From Flavobacteriales bacterium (GTDB taxonomy: Bacteria; Bacteroidota; Bacteroidia; Flavobacteriales_D; Crocinitomicaceae), in NCBI GenBank assembly GCA_947458985.1, contig CANHBA010000001.1:1-39797 (forward strand): a stretch of 39,797 bases of DNA. The letters are read 5' to 3'. Both the position numbers and the translations under genes were made by a program. The notes under the pieces are model-generated. The model was not told the DNA's origin. It was given only the letters and a program-made list of their open reading frames with translations, and searched no databases. Numbering within the stretch: position 1 is the stretch's first letter; every line of letters begins with the position of its first letter. Below are positions 1-8,906 of the stretch, one piece after another.

Positions 1-2
1 AC

Positions 3-809
3 CGCACCCAACAACAGATCCGCACTGAAGTGGAATACCAGAATTATTTTTCGCAACAAAATGCCCAAATCGGCTCCTTTGAAACCATGTCTCAACTAGA
101 ACTCACCCGTTCTCAACGCGAAATAGCAGCCCGTCAAAACAACAATACACAAGTCACCCTTGAAGCCGATAAAGCCCAACAAACCCAAGAACATGAAGTA
201 GCGGTTCAAGCCCGAGATGCAAGTGCAGCGGTTCGTCAACAAGAAAACAGTGACAACATCAGCGCCTGGAAAGACGCCAAAGACTACCAAGATCAAACTA
301 CCGCGAAAGCTGCCGCTAACCGTCAAGAATACGAACTCAAAAGACTCAATGAGTTTCAAAATGGCCTAGATCTTCAAGCGCAGAAAGAGCCTGCCAAAGC
401 CGAGCAAAACATGAATGAGCTCAATGCGCGCCAACAAGACGTTGCTTATACCAAACAGCAAGAGCAAGAAGCCGCTACAGTTGGTGGCCAAGCACAATAC
501 GAGAAAATCCAGCAAACTGCAGCTTCCACTGTTCAGTTGAAAACAACTCCTAATTATTTGCGCGATGAAAACGGCGTGTTGTTCGCAGTGAATACCATGA
601 CCGAAAAGACCTATCAAATCAAGAATAAAGAAGGTTTTGTTACCAAAGTTATTATTAGAAGAGTTGTAGTTGACCCGAACGGATATGGCGTCGTTTACGA
701 GCAAACAACTGATGAAAATGGCAAAACTTATTTTACAAGAGACGGACAGGTGAGTACAGAATACATATGGTTCAATGATTCTACCGGTGCCAATGTTTTG
801 AAAAAATAA
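3..809 (+). CDS. hypothetical Gln/Glu/Ala-rich (coiled-coil-like) protein; 5' end lies outside the window
   Basis: The frame is open from nt 3, with no stop upstream of the GTG at 30, and ends at TAA 807-809. The N part is low-complexity Q/E/A/K-rich and the last ~90 aa are beta-rich. No family recognised. Confidence 0.5.
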   Translation, partial: RTQQQIRTEVEYQNYFSQQNAQIGSFETMSQLELTRSQREIAARQNNNTQVTLEADKAQQTQEHEVAVQARDASAAVRQQENSDNISAWKDAKDYQDQTTAKAAANRQEYELKRLNEFQNGLDLQAQKEPAKAEQNMNELNARQQDVAYTKQQEQEAATVGGQAQYEKIQQTAASTVQLKTTPNYLRDENGVLFAVNTMTEKTYQIKNKEGFVTKVIIRRVVVDPNGYGVVYEQTTDENGKTYFTRDGQVSTEYIWFNDSTGANVLKK

Positions 810-814
810 GAAAA

Positions 815-2179
815 ATGCAAGTACATTTTATAGCCATTGGCGGCAGCGCGATGCACAATCTCGCCATTGCGCTTTCTAGAAAAGGAATCGAAGTAACTGG
901 TTCAGACGATGAAATTTTTGAACCATCGCTTACCCGCTTAAAAAAACAAGGTATTTTACCCCCCGACCTCGGTTGGGATGCTGCGCGCATTCACAAAGAC
1001 CTTACGGCTGTGATTCTTGGCATGCACGCAAGAGCCGACAATCCTGAATTATTGGCTGCTAAAGAATTAGGTATTCCTATTTACAGTTATCCAGAATACC
1101 TCTACGAGCAAAGCAAAGACAAGATTCGCGTCGTTATTGGCGGTAGCCATGGCAAAACTACCATCACTTCTATGCTATTGCATGCCGTAGCTAAAATTGG
1201 GCTAGATGTAGATTACATGGTCGGCGCTCAGCTTGACGGCTATGATTGTATGGTGAAGCTGACGCAAGAAGCCAAGTTTATGGTTTTAGAAGGGGATGAA
1301 TACCTGAGCTCACCCATAGACCGTCGCCCTAAATTTCATTTGTACAGACCACATATTGCTTTGTTATCAGGCATTGCCTGGGATCACATCAATGTGTTTC
1401 CAACTTTTGAAAATTATGTCTCTCAATTTGAAACATTTGTTTCGCTCATTGAACCTAACGGGGCTTTGGTTTACAATCAAGAAGATTTAGAAATTCAGCG
1501 ACTTGCTCAAAACGCTTCGAATATTTCTTTATTTCCATATCAGACGCCTGTTTTTGAACCCAACGCAAACGGTACCTTACTGACTTTTGACGAACAACAA
1601 TACCAACTTCAAGTTTTTGGCGCACACAACCTCCAAAATCTAATGGGCGCCATGTATGTGGCATCCCAGATGGGCATTGATCCTCATTCATTTCTCAACG
1701 CCATGTCCGATTTTACCGGTGCAGGTAAGCGTTTGCAGAAAGTGGTTTCAGAAGGTAGTTTTGTGCTTTACAAAGATTTTGCGCATTCACCGTCTAAACT
1801 CAAAGCAACTACCTCGGCTGTTAAACAACAATATCCAGATCGAGAAGTCATTGCCTGCATGGAACTCCACACTTTTAGTTCTTTGCAAAAAGCATTTTTA
1901 CCGCAATACGAGGGCGCAATGGATGCCGCTGACCACGCGCTCGTTTATTTTAGTCCGGAGGTAGTTGAACACAAAAAATTACCGGCACTCGATCCGGAAG
2001 AAGTGAAAGCAGGTTTTGGAGGCGCCGTGCAGATTTGTACGCAAACCCAAGATGTGTTGGCTTTTATTGAAGCGCAAGATTGGCACCATAAAGTGCTGCT
2101 CATGATGTCTAGTGGCAACTTTGATGGAATTGACTACGACGCACTCGGGCAAAAGCTGTGCGCGTCTTTAAATGCTTAA
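815..2179 (+). CDS. mpl: Mur ligase family protein, Mpl-like (UDP-MurNAc:tripeptide ligase / peptidoglycan recycling ligase)
   Basis: The N-terminus IAIGGSAMHNLAIALSRKGIEVTGSD resembles the MurC/Mpl Rossmann fold. P-loop GGSHGKTTITSM is present. Length is 454 aa. ATG lies 5 nt after the preceding stop. Confidence 0.7.
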   Translation: MQVHFIAIGGSAMHNLAIALSRKGIEVTGSDDEIFEPSLTRLKKQGILPPDLGWDAARIHKDLTAVILGMHARADNPELLAAKELGIPIYSYPEYLYEQSKDKIRVVIGGSHGKTTITSMLLHAVAKIGLDVDYMVGAQLDGYDCMVKLTQEAKFMVLEGDEYLSSPIDRRPKFHLYRPHIALLSGIAWDHINVFPTFENYVSQFETFVSLIEPNGALVYNQEDLEIQRLAQNASNISLFPYQTPVFEPNANGTLLTFDEQQYQLQVFGAHNLQNLMGAMYVASQMGIDPHSFLNAMSDFTGAGKRLQKVVSEGSFVLYKDFAHSPSKLKATTSAVKQQYPDREVIACMELHTFSSLQKAFLPQYEGAMDAADHALVYFSPEVVEHKKLPALDPEEVKAGFGGAVQICTQTQDVLAFIEAQDWHHKVLLMMSSGNFDGIDYDALGQKLCASLNA

Positions 2180-2182
2180 AAG

Positions 2183-2725
2183 CTAATCTCTAAACACAAC
2201 CCTACGGTAAATAACCGCAATGAGCAGGCTATTGAGGGTTCCGTAAACCAAAAGGGCCAATAAGCTGACACTTAAAGTAAATTGTGGGTCGTACATCATG
2301 GCAGTGTTTTGTCGCGCCATGGCTACTATCTCTGCATCGCTTTTGTTTTCTAGCGCGCTGTTGCCATTGCGAATAGCTGCAATTTCTTCTGGGCTATCCA
2401 TTTTGCGTTCAAACGCAGCTCTTTTTTGTTCATTGAACTCAGGATAGATGTCCTGGTAATAAAAAAACAAAAAGAAACTCACCAAAAGAGTGTAGGGAAG
2501 GCCCACGGTAACGCCCGCTTTGATGTCGGTTAGGAAGTTGCTCTCTTCGGTGTTGGTTCTTTTTTTGTGGTACATAAACAACGCAATAGCGCTGGTCAGG
2601 AAAGCCATATTGAGCAAGACGAAAATTTGGATTTCATCTAAGCGCCAATTGCACCAAAAAGCAAGCATTTTGAGCGCAATCCAAAGACCGCTAAACACCA
2701 AGCCGTAATGCCAACCTTTTTTCAT
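2183..2725 (-). CDS. small multi-pass membrane protein (DUF4199-like)
   Basis: 180 aa with about 4 hydrophobic helices separated by a soluble loop. Its ATG overlaps the rho stop by 1 nt (TAATG at 2727..2723). Confidence 0.55.
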   Translation of the reverse strand: MKKGWHYGLVFSGLWIALKMLAFWCNWRLDEIQIFVLLNMAFLTSAIALFMYHKKRTNTEESNFLTDIKAGVTVGLPYTLLVSFFLFFYYQDIYPEFNEQKRAAFERKMDSPEEIAAIRNGNSALENKSDAEIVAMARQNTAMMYDPQFTLSVSLLALLVYGTLNSLLIAVIYRRVVFRD

Positions 2726-4386
2726 TAGCTATTCATTGAAACTAAAAACTCTTCGTTGGAGAGTGTGTTTTCCATATGTGATTTCATGAATTCCATGGCT
2801 TCAACTGGGTTCATGTCGGCGATAAACTTGCGCAGGAGCCAAACGCGTTGTAAGACGTCTTTACCGACAAGTAAGTCTTCGCGACGTGTTCCTGATGCCG
2901 TAATGTCAATGGCAGGGTAGATGTGTCGGTTAGAAATTTTGCGGTCGAGTTGGAGCTCCATGTTGCCTGTTCCTTTGAATTCTTCAAAGATGACTTCATC
3001 CATTTTAGAACCGGTTTCGGTAAGTGCAGTGGCGAGAATAGAGAGTGAACCTCCGTTTTCGATTTTACGCGCAGAACCAAAGAATCTTTTTGGTTTGTGC
3101 AAGGCATTGGCGTCGACACCACCCGAAAGCACTTTGCCTGAAGCAGGGGAAACGGTATTGTAGGCACGTGCCAAACGCGTGATGGAATCTAGTAAGATAC
3201 AGACGTCGTGTCCGCATTCTACCATGCGTTTTGCTTTTTCGAGTACCATATTGGCCACCTTTACGTGGCGGTCAGCTGGTTCGTCAAAAGTAGAGGCAAT
3301 GACTTCTGCTTTTACAGAACGCGCCATGTCGGTTACCTCTTCAGGACGCTCGTCAATGAGCAAAACAATCAGATAGGTTTCAGGATGATTCGCGGCAATG
3401 GCGTTAGCTACGTCTTTTAGGAGCATGGTTTTCCCCGTCTTAGGTTGAGCGACAATCATGCCGCGCTGTCCTTTTCCGATGGGCGCAAAAAGATCCATAA
3501 CTCTTGTGGAGAGTGTTTCTTGAGCGTGGCCTGTGAGTTTGAATTTTTCGGACGGGAAGAGCGGAGTAAGGTATTGAAAAGGAACGCGGTCTCGGATGTA
3601 AGAAGGGTCGCGGCCGTTGATAGATTCTACTTTAACAAGCGGAAAGAATTTTTCACCTTCTCTAGGTGGGCGAATGGTGCCCTTAACGGTGTCTCCGGTT
3701 TTTAGACCAAAGAGTTTGATTTGATTTTGAGAAACATAGATGTCGTCTGGTGAGGGCAAATAGTTGTAGTCTGAAGAACGCAAGAAGCCATAGCCATCTT
3801 GAATCACTTCTAAAACACCTTCTGCTGAAACGATGCCAACGAGGTCGAAGTGTTCTTCTTTGATGACTTCTTCTTGATTTTCGTTAGGCTGGCGCTGCTG
3901 ACGTTGATTTGGATTTTGGTTCGGATTGCGGTTCTCGAAACGTTGGCCTTGTTGTTGGTTTTGATTTTGGTGCTGATGTTGCGGCTTTCGTTGTTGAATT
4001 TGTCCGTCTGGCTGTTCTTGACTTTGCTCGCTGGCTTCTGGCGCAGTACGCGTTTGTTTCTTCTGAAAGCGTTCTCGTTTTTCATCTTTGAGAACTGGCG
4101 TATCCAAAACTAGCGCTACTTCTTCAACAACAGGCGTTTCGTCGCTTACCACGATTCTGGGCTTGCGACCACGTTTGCGGACTTCAGGTTGAGCGTCTGT
4201 TGTTGCAACAGGTGCTGCTGCTTCAGTTACGGGGCCTGCATTTTCAACAGGTGCTGAGCTGTTTTTACCTGTAATTGCGGCAATGAGTTCGTTTTTCTTG
4301 AGACTGCCGGCATCAATGCCAAGGCTTTGTGCAATTACACGTAGGTCCGAGATTTTTTTACTCTCTAAGGTCTTTAAATCCATCAA
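2725..4386 (-). CDS. rho: transcription termination factor Rho with a ~135-aa disordered N-terminal insertion
   Basis: Rho_N helix bundle ([13 protein letters not shown]), cold-shock-like RNA-binding domain ([14 protein letters not shown]) and Walker A (AQPKTGKT) are present. The C-terminal ATPase region is conserved. 553 aa. Confidence 0.95.
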   Translation of the reverse strand: MMDLKTLESKKISDLRVIAQSLGIDAGSLKKNELIAAITGKNSSAPVENAGPVTEAAAPVATTDAQPEVRKRGRKPRIVVSDETPVVEEVALVLDTPVLKDEKRERFQKKQTRTAPEASEQSQEQPDGQIQQRKPQHQHQNQNQQQGQRFENRNPNQNPNQRQQRQPNENQEEVIKEEHFDLVGIVSAEGVLEVIQDGYGFLRSSDYNYLPSPDDIYVSQNQIKLFGLKTGDTVKGTIRPPREGEKFFPLVKVESINGRDPSYIRDRVPFQYLTPLFPSEKFKLTGHAQETLSTRVMDLFAPIGKGQRGMIVAQPKTGKTMLLKDVANAIAANHPETYLIVLLIDERPEEVTDMARSVKAEVIASTFDEPADRHVKVANMVLEKAKRMVECGHDVCILLDSITRLARAYNTVSPASGKVLSGGVDANALHKPKRFFGSARKIENGGSLSILATALTETGSKMDEVIFEEFKGTGNMELQLDRKISNRHIYPAIDITASGTRREDLLVGKDVLQRVWLLRKFIADMNPVEAMEFMKSHMENTLSNEEFLVSMNS

Positions 4387-4491
4387 TGGTATGTTATAAG
4401 CTGAATTTGGAGCTGGCCCTGAAATGGGCGATTGGAAATTCGATGCAAGTTTAAGTAAAAAAACGCGAAAATGAATGCGATTTGCTAAAAA

Positions 4492-5766
4492 CTATGTTTT
4501 GCGTTTTTGTTTTTTGGCAGCAGGAAACAATATGTTGTTCAAAATGAGGCGGTAACCTGGTGAGTTGGGGTGTAAATTGAGGTCTGTTGGAGGGTCGCCT
4601 ACAAGGTGTTGGTAGTCTTCGGGGTCGTGGCCTCCGTAGAAAGTCCAGGTGCCTTGGCCAAATTCGCCATGCACGTATTTGGCGGTGTTGGCGGCTTTGT
4701 TTTCGCCCAAAATAAGTACGTTTGACTTAATGAATTCTTTGTGGAAGTCGGTGGTTTGGCCCAAGAAGCCGTTGATGACGTCGACATGACACTGCGTGAG
4801 CATGGTTGGCACGACATCCCATTTGGCAGAGAAATCAAAGAGTGTAAATTGATCGGTTTTTTCGGTGATTTGGCGTTGAGTGCGCAGATCGGTGCCATCG
4901 ATGTCGCTGTATTCGTAGACCATTGGGTCTTTGATGATGTGAAAATCTTCAAAAGCAAAGGTTTGGCCGAAGTCTAGTTTGCCTTGCGCATTGGGGTCGG
5001 AGGGGGTGCCGTCAAAGACCGCTTCTTGGATGTCTACGTTTTGTGCGGCCAATGCAATGTCGAAAGAATCGGTGCCCGAGCACATGGTGAATAAGAAACC
5101 TCCTCCAATGACAAAATTCCGAATGTTTAAAGCCACGGCACGTTTGAGCGCTGCCGTAGAAGCAAAGCCTAATTTGGTCGCTGCTGCTTCAGAGCGTTGG
5201 ACTTCTTGCTGGTACCAACTTTGCATGCGTGCCGAGCTGTAGAATTTACCATATTGCCCAGTGAAATCTTCGTGGTGTAGGTGCAGCCAGTCGTATTTAG
5301 GCAAAATACCATTGACAATAGCGGAGTCGTAGATTTTGTCGTATTTGATTTCGGCGTATGTCAGGACAAGCGTAACGGCGTCGTCCCAGGGAAGTTTGTT
5401 GGGTGGGGTATAAACGGCAATTTTGGGCGCTTTTTCTAGCTGCACTACTTCCATATTGACCTCTGGGTTGGCAATTTCATTTTTGATTTGATTGACCTGA
5501 CCTTCGGCTAAAATTTGGTAGCTGATGTTGCGCAGTAATAATTCTTCTTCGATGCGTTGCAAGTGCGGAATCAGAAAGCTACCGCCACGGTAATTGAGCA
5601 ACCACTCAATGGTGATTTGGTTTTCGAGGGTCCAGTAGGCCAAACCGTAGGCTTTCAGGTGGTCGCGTTGGGAGTCGTCCATTGGCACTAGGATTTGACT
5701 AGACCAACTCTGAAAACTGATACAAAAGGCGAAAAAGGTGAAAAGAAGGCTAGAACGGATCTTCAT
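4492..5766 (-). CDS. conserved secreted hypothetical protein (possible class-I glutamine-amidotransferase-like fold)
   Basis: I chose the internal ATG at 5766, which gives MKIRSSLLFTFFAFCISFQSWS, a signal peptide. The track start at 5865 would overlap dnaB by 116 nt. The FTMCSGTD nucleophile-elbow-like motif is weak evidence for function. Confidence 0.55.
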   Translation of the reverse strand: MKIRSSLLFTFFAFCISFQSWSSQILVPMDDSQRDHLKAYGLAYWTLENQITIEWLLNYRGGSFLIPHLQRIEEELLLRNISYQILAEGQVNQIKNEIANPEVNMEVVQLEKAPKIAVYTPPNKLPWDDAVTLVLTYAEIKYDKIYDSAIVNGILPKYDWLHLHHEDFTGQYGKFYSSARMQSWYQQEVQRSEAAATKLGFASTAALKRAVALNIRNFVIGGGFLFTMCSGTDSFDIALAAQNVDIQEAVFDGTPSDPNAQGKLDFGQTFAFEDFHIIKDPMVYEYSDIDGTDLRTQRQITEKTDQFTLFDFSAKWDVVPTMLTQCHVDVINGFLGQTTDFHKEFIKSNVLILGENKAANTAKYVHGEFGQGTWTFYGGHDPEDYQHLVGDPPTDLNLHPNSPGYRLILNNILFPAAKKQKRKT

Positions 5767-7300
5767 CGGAGTTGTCTTTGCTGAAAATGTCTTCGCTGCC
5801 GTCATCCATTTTACTTTTGATGGTATAGGTCGAAAATTCTTGGTTAAATTGATTGAGCCCTGCATTGTTTGTGCCGGGAAGATCTAAGGCTTCTACTTCG
5901 TCGAGGTTTTCGAAACGGGCAAATTCTGGTACAAAGCGCAACCTGACATTTTTGAGGGCGCCATTTCGGTGCTTGGCAATGATGATTTCGCCAGTTCCTA
6001 ATGTAGAATTACCATCGGAGTCTTGGGTGATATCGTAGTATTCCGGACGGTAAATAAAAGAAACGATATCGGCATCTTGCTCGATGGCCCCGGATTCACG
6101 TAAGTCGGAAAGCATTGGTCGTTTGTCTCCGCCTCTTGTTTCTACCGAGCGGCTCAACTGAGAGAGTGCGATAATAGGAACATTCAATTCTTTGGCGATT
6201 TCTTTGATGGAGCGCGAAATGGTCGAGATTTCTTGCTCGCGGTTGCCTCCACTTTTTGAATCTTTGGCGCTCATCAATTGAAGGTAGTCAATGATGATGA
6301 GGTCGATGTTGTGTTGGGCTTTCAAACGGCGACACTTGGCTCGGAAGTCAAAAATATTGATGCCTGGGGTGTCGTCAATAAAAATAGGTGCTTCGGCTAG
6401 TTTGCCAATGCGGCTGTGGAGTTGCTGGAATTCGTGTTCTTTGAGGTCACCTTTACGCAGTTTTTCTGCAGAAAGACGAGATTCACTCGCAATAAGACGC
6501 TTGACCAACTGCACTGAGGACATCTCGAGTGAGAACACCGCAACGCCTCTGCCGTAATCTACGGCGGTATTGCGCGCCATCGAAAGTACAAATGCGGTTT
6601 TACCCATACCTGGGCGCGCCGCAAGGACAATCATGTCTGAGCGTTGCCAGCCTGAAGTTACTTTGTCGAGGTCGTGGAAACCGGTCGGGATGCCCGAAAC
6701 ACCATCCGTGTTTTTGGAAGCGAGTTCAATCTCGTGAATGGCTTCTTGCACAATATAGGACATAGAGCCCACTTGCTTTGACATGTTGTTTTCAGCAATA
6801 CTGAAGAGGTCAGATTCGGCATCGTTGAGCAAATCAAAGACATCGCGGGTGTCGTCGTAGGCATCGCGGATGATTTTCGAACTGACGTTAATGAGTTCTC
6901 TTTTGATAAATTTCTCCGCAAGAATACGTGCGTGGTGTTGTACGTGAGCAGCGCTTGCTACCCGCGTTGTGAGGGAGCTCACATAGCCTGCACCGCCTGC
7001 AAGTTCGAGTTCGCCACTTTTTTGTAAATGGGAAGTAACGGTAACGAGGTCGATAGGGTTGGTTGCAGCAAAAAGCCCACGAATGGCTTTGAAAATGTAT
7101 TGGTGACGTGGGTCGTAGAATGTTTTTTCTGAAAGGATGTCGATGGTGTCGTTGATGGCTTTGCTTTCAAGCATCATGGCGCCAAGCACAACTTGTTCGA
7201 TGTCAATGGCTTGAGGTGGTACGCGCCCGATTTCTCCAAACGCTTGCGCTTGGTTTTTGATGCGTGCAATTGGTTTGCGGTTGTTGTCGGGTGCGTCCAT
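5750..7300 (-). CDS. dnaB: replicative DNA helicase DnaB
   Basis: DnaB N-terminal domain (PPQAIDIEQVVLGAMM), Walker A (ARPGMGKTAF) and RecA-like C-terminal domain (IIIDYLQLM, SQLSR). 516 aa. Confidence 0.95.
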   Translation of the reverse strand: MDAPDNNRKPIARIKNQAQAFGEIGRVPPQAIDIEQVVLGAMMLESKAINDTIDILSEKTFYDPRHQYIFKAIRGLFAATNPIDLVTVTSHLQKSGELELAGGAGYVSSLTTRVASAAHVQHHARILAEKFIKRELINVSSKIIRDAYDDTRDVFDLLNDAESDLFSIAENNMSKQVGSMSYIVQEAIHEIELASKNTDGVSGIPTGFHDLDKVTSGWQRSDMIVLAARPGMGKTAFVLSMARNTAVDYGRGVAVFSLEMSSVQLVKRLIASESRLSAEKLRKGDLKEHEFQQLHSRIGKLAEAPIFIDDTPGINIFDFRAKCRRLKAQHNIDLIIIDYLQLMSAKDSKSGGNREQEISTISRSIKEIAKELNVPIIALSQLSRSVETRGGDKRPMLSDLRESGAIEQDADIVSFIYRPEYYDITQDSDGNSTLGTGEIIIAKHRNGALKNVRLRFVPEFARFENLDEVEALDLPGTNNAGLNQFNQEFSTYTIKSKMDDGSEDIFSKDNSDEDPF

Positions 7301-7304
7301 TGAA

Positions 7305-7312
7305 CAAATATA
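7305..7312 (-). promoter_or_regulatory. Bacteroidota -7 box TAtaTTTG, 4 nt upstream of the dnaB ATG
   Basis: The minus strand reads TATATTTG TTCA ATG, matching the TAnnTTTG consensus. Confidence 0.45.
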
Positions 7313-7395
7313 GGCAAAGGCTACCTGACAACGAAAAACTAGCGACCCTTAGTTATAAAAAAGTTGTGAAGGAGGGTTATCAACAATTGTTGAAA

Positions 7396-8043
7396 TCAAC
7401 AAAGTTCTTTGCGCGCTTTGGCAGTGCCAATTGCTAGCGTAATGAAGTCTTTGTCTCGTTTAGGTGAACGCGCAGGTGAGTATTCGCGTCCATAAAAAAT
7501 GATTTGGAGGTGCAGTTTGTTCCAGGTGTTTTCGGCAAAAAGACTTTTGGCATCTCGTTCGGTTTGCTCGACGTTCTTGCCGCTCGTTAGGCCCCAGCGC
7601 GTCAGTAAACGATGGATATGCGTATCGACGGGGAAGGCGGCAAAACCAAAAGCTTGCGACATCACAACTGACGCTGTTTTGTGCCCTACACCTGGCAGGG
7701 CTTCTAGCGCTTCGTAATTTTTTGGAACCTCACCTTGATATGTATCGATCAATATTTTAGAAAGTGTAGATATTGCCGCTGCTTTTTTAGGAGAAAGCCC
7801 GCAAGGCCTGATGATTTCTTGGATACGCTCCACAGGTTGCTGAGCCATATCGAAGGGGTTGTCGGCAAGTGCAAATAAGTGTGGTGTTACGGTATTGACG
7901 CGTGCATCTGTACATTGTGCAGAAAGTAAAACCGCAATTAATAGGGTGTAAGGATCTTTGTGGTCGAGCGGAATAGGTGTTTCTGGATAAAGTGTTTCTA
8001 ACGCTTCGACAACAAATTTTGCTTTTTCTTTTTTGGTACTCAT
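7396..8043 (-). CDS. nth: endonuclease III (HhH-GPD DNA glycosylase/AP lyase), variant lacking the [4Fe-4S] cysteine ligands
   Basis: LLIAVLLSAQCTD, HhH-GPD LPGVGHKTASVVM (catalytic Lys present) and VDTHIHRL (catalytic Asp present). The C-terminus has no C-x6-C-x2-C-x5-C motif. Confidence 0.85.
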   Translation of the reverse strand: MSTKKEKAKFVVEALETLYPETPIPLDHKDPYTLLIAVLLSAQCTDARVNTVTPHLFALADNPFDMAQQPVERIQEIIRPCGLSPKKAAAISTLSKILIDTYQGEVPKNYEALEALPGVGHKTASVVMSQAFGFAAFPVDTHIHRLLTRWGLTSGKNVEQTERDAKSLFAENTWNKLHLQIIFYGREYSPARSPKRDKDFITLAIGTAKARKELC

Positions 8044-8906
8044 AATTGGCCTAAACTCAAGAGATGAAGGTAGCGGTTTTCACTGATTAAAAACCATAAC
8101 ATGACTGCAAAAATAGCATAGCGAGAAACAAAAGAACCCGCTACAAAAATAATATCTGCACTCGCAAAATGCCAACTGAGAAAAGGAACCAAAAAGAGTA
8201 AACTCACCCAAATTTGAGCCCAATAAAAACTGAAATGGATTGGCGTACTGAGCTCGTATAGGCCAGCATTGAAATGCAAGGCTTTGACCTGGTGCAGCCA
8301 AGGTGTTTGGATGGTACTTAAGCCCTGTACTTTTGGTAAATTTTGGCTGAGATAGTCACTGACCCAATAAGTGCGGCCGTCCGTGCTTTTGAAAAGTTGC
8401 ACCAAATGATTGTCTACGCTGCCATAGGCATGAATACCATAAGCCTGAGCTTGGATGGGCACTTGTTTGGAAGGCAAGAAGTAGTCTAGCCAAACCACAA
8501 AAAATAGGAGCAAGCCCAAGTAAGCCACAGCCTGGTGCCAAAGTCTAATTTTTCCACTTTTCAGTTGTTGAAGGTAGTTTAATTTGTAAGCTTCTTCTTT
8601 GAGTTTTTGTTGGCGGAGTTTTTCGCGGGCAGCGGCTCTTTGTTGCTTATAGGCCTCGAGGTCTTGGTCGTATTGTTGTTGGGTGGCGCGGTATTTTTGT
8701 TCTACTGCTTCAGGCTGAAGCCCACCTTCGCCATTGGTGATTTGTTCGTAGGCGGCTTGTATTTCAATGAATTTGGCGGCAGCTACTTGATTCGGGTTTT
8801 TGTCTGGGTGGTATTTTTTCACCAAAGTGCGGTAAGCCTTTCTAATGGCTTCAGGACTTGCATTTGGCTCAACGCCGAGTGTTTTATATGGATTTCCAGT
8901 CGGCAT
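8040..8906 (-). CDS. J-domain (DnaJ-like) membrane protein
   Basis: N-terminal J domain YKTLGVEPNASPEAIRKAYRTLVKKYHPDKNP with the HPD motif. A charged coiled-coil follows, then about 4 TM helices. ATGA overlap with the nth start. Confidence 0.75.
   Translation of the reverse strand: MPTGNPYKTLGVEPNASPEAIRKAYRTLVKKYHPDKNPNQVAAAKFIEIQAAYEQITNGEGGLQPEAVEQKYRATQQQYDQDLEAYKQQRAAAREKLRQQKLKEEAYKLNYLQQLKSGKIRLWHQAVAYLGLLLFFVVWLDYFLPSKQVPIQAQAYGIHAYGSVDNHLVQLFKSTDGRTYWVSDYLSQNLPKVQGLSTIQTPWLHQVKALHFNAGLYELSTPIHFSFYWAQIWVSLLFLVPFLSWHFASADIIFVAGSFVSRYAIFAVMLWFLISENRYLHLLSLGQL

Noticed and set aside
5767-5865. Longer N-terminal extensions offered by the ORF track. Examples are 5865, 13335, 16842 (TTG), 19275, 20366, 21624, 22947, 28681 (GTG), 36922 and 37737.
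   Set aside because: The extensions overlap upstream genes or terminators, or precede an obvious signal peptide or canonical N-terminus. The internal ATGs give sensible signal peptides, ATGA or short overlaps, or sit at the -7 box spacing.
7377-7393. TTATCAACA (one mismatch to the DnaA box TTATCCACA) overlapping a perfect 14-bp palindrome TCAACAATTGTTGA, just downstream of nth and upstream of dnaB
   Set aside because: It is a single copy with no cluster of boxes or AT-rich unwinding element, so it is not an origin. The stem is too AT-rich and loop-less for a terminator. It may be an operator, but support is insufficient.
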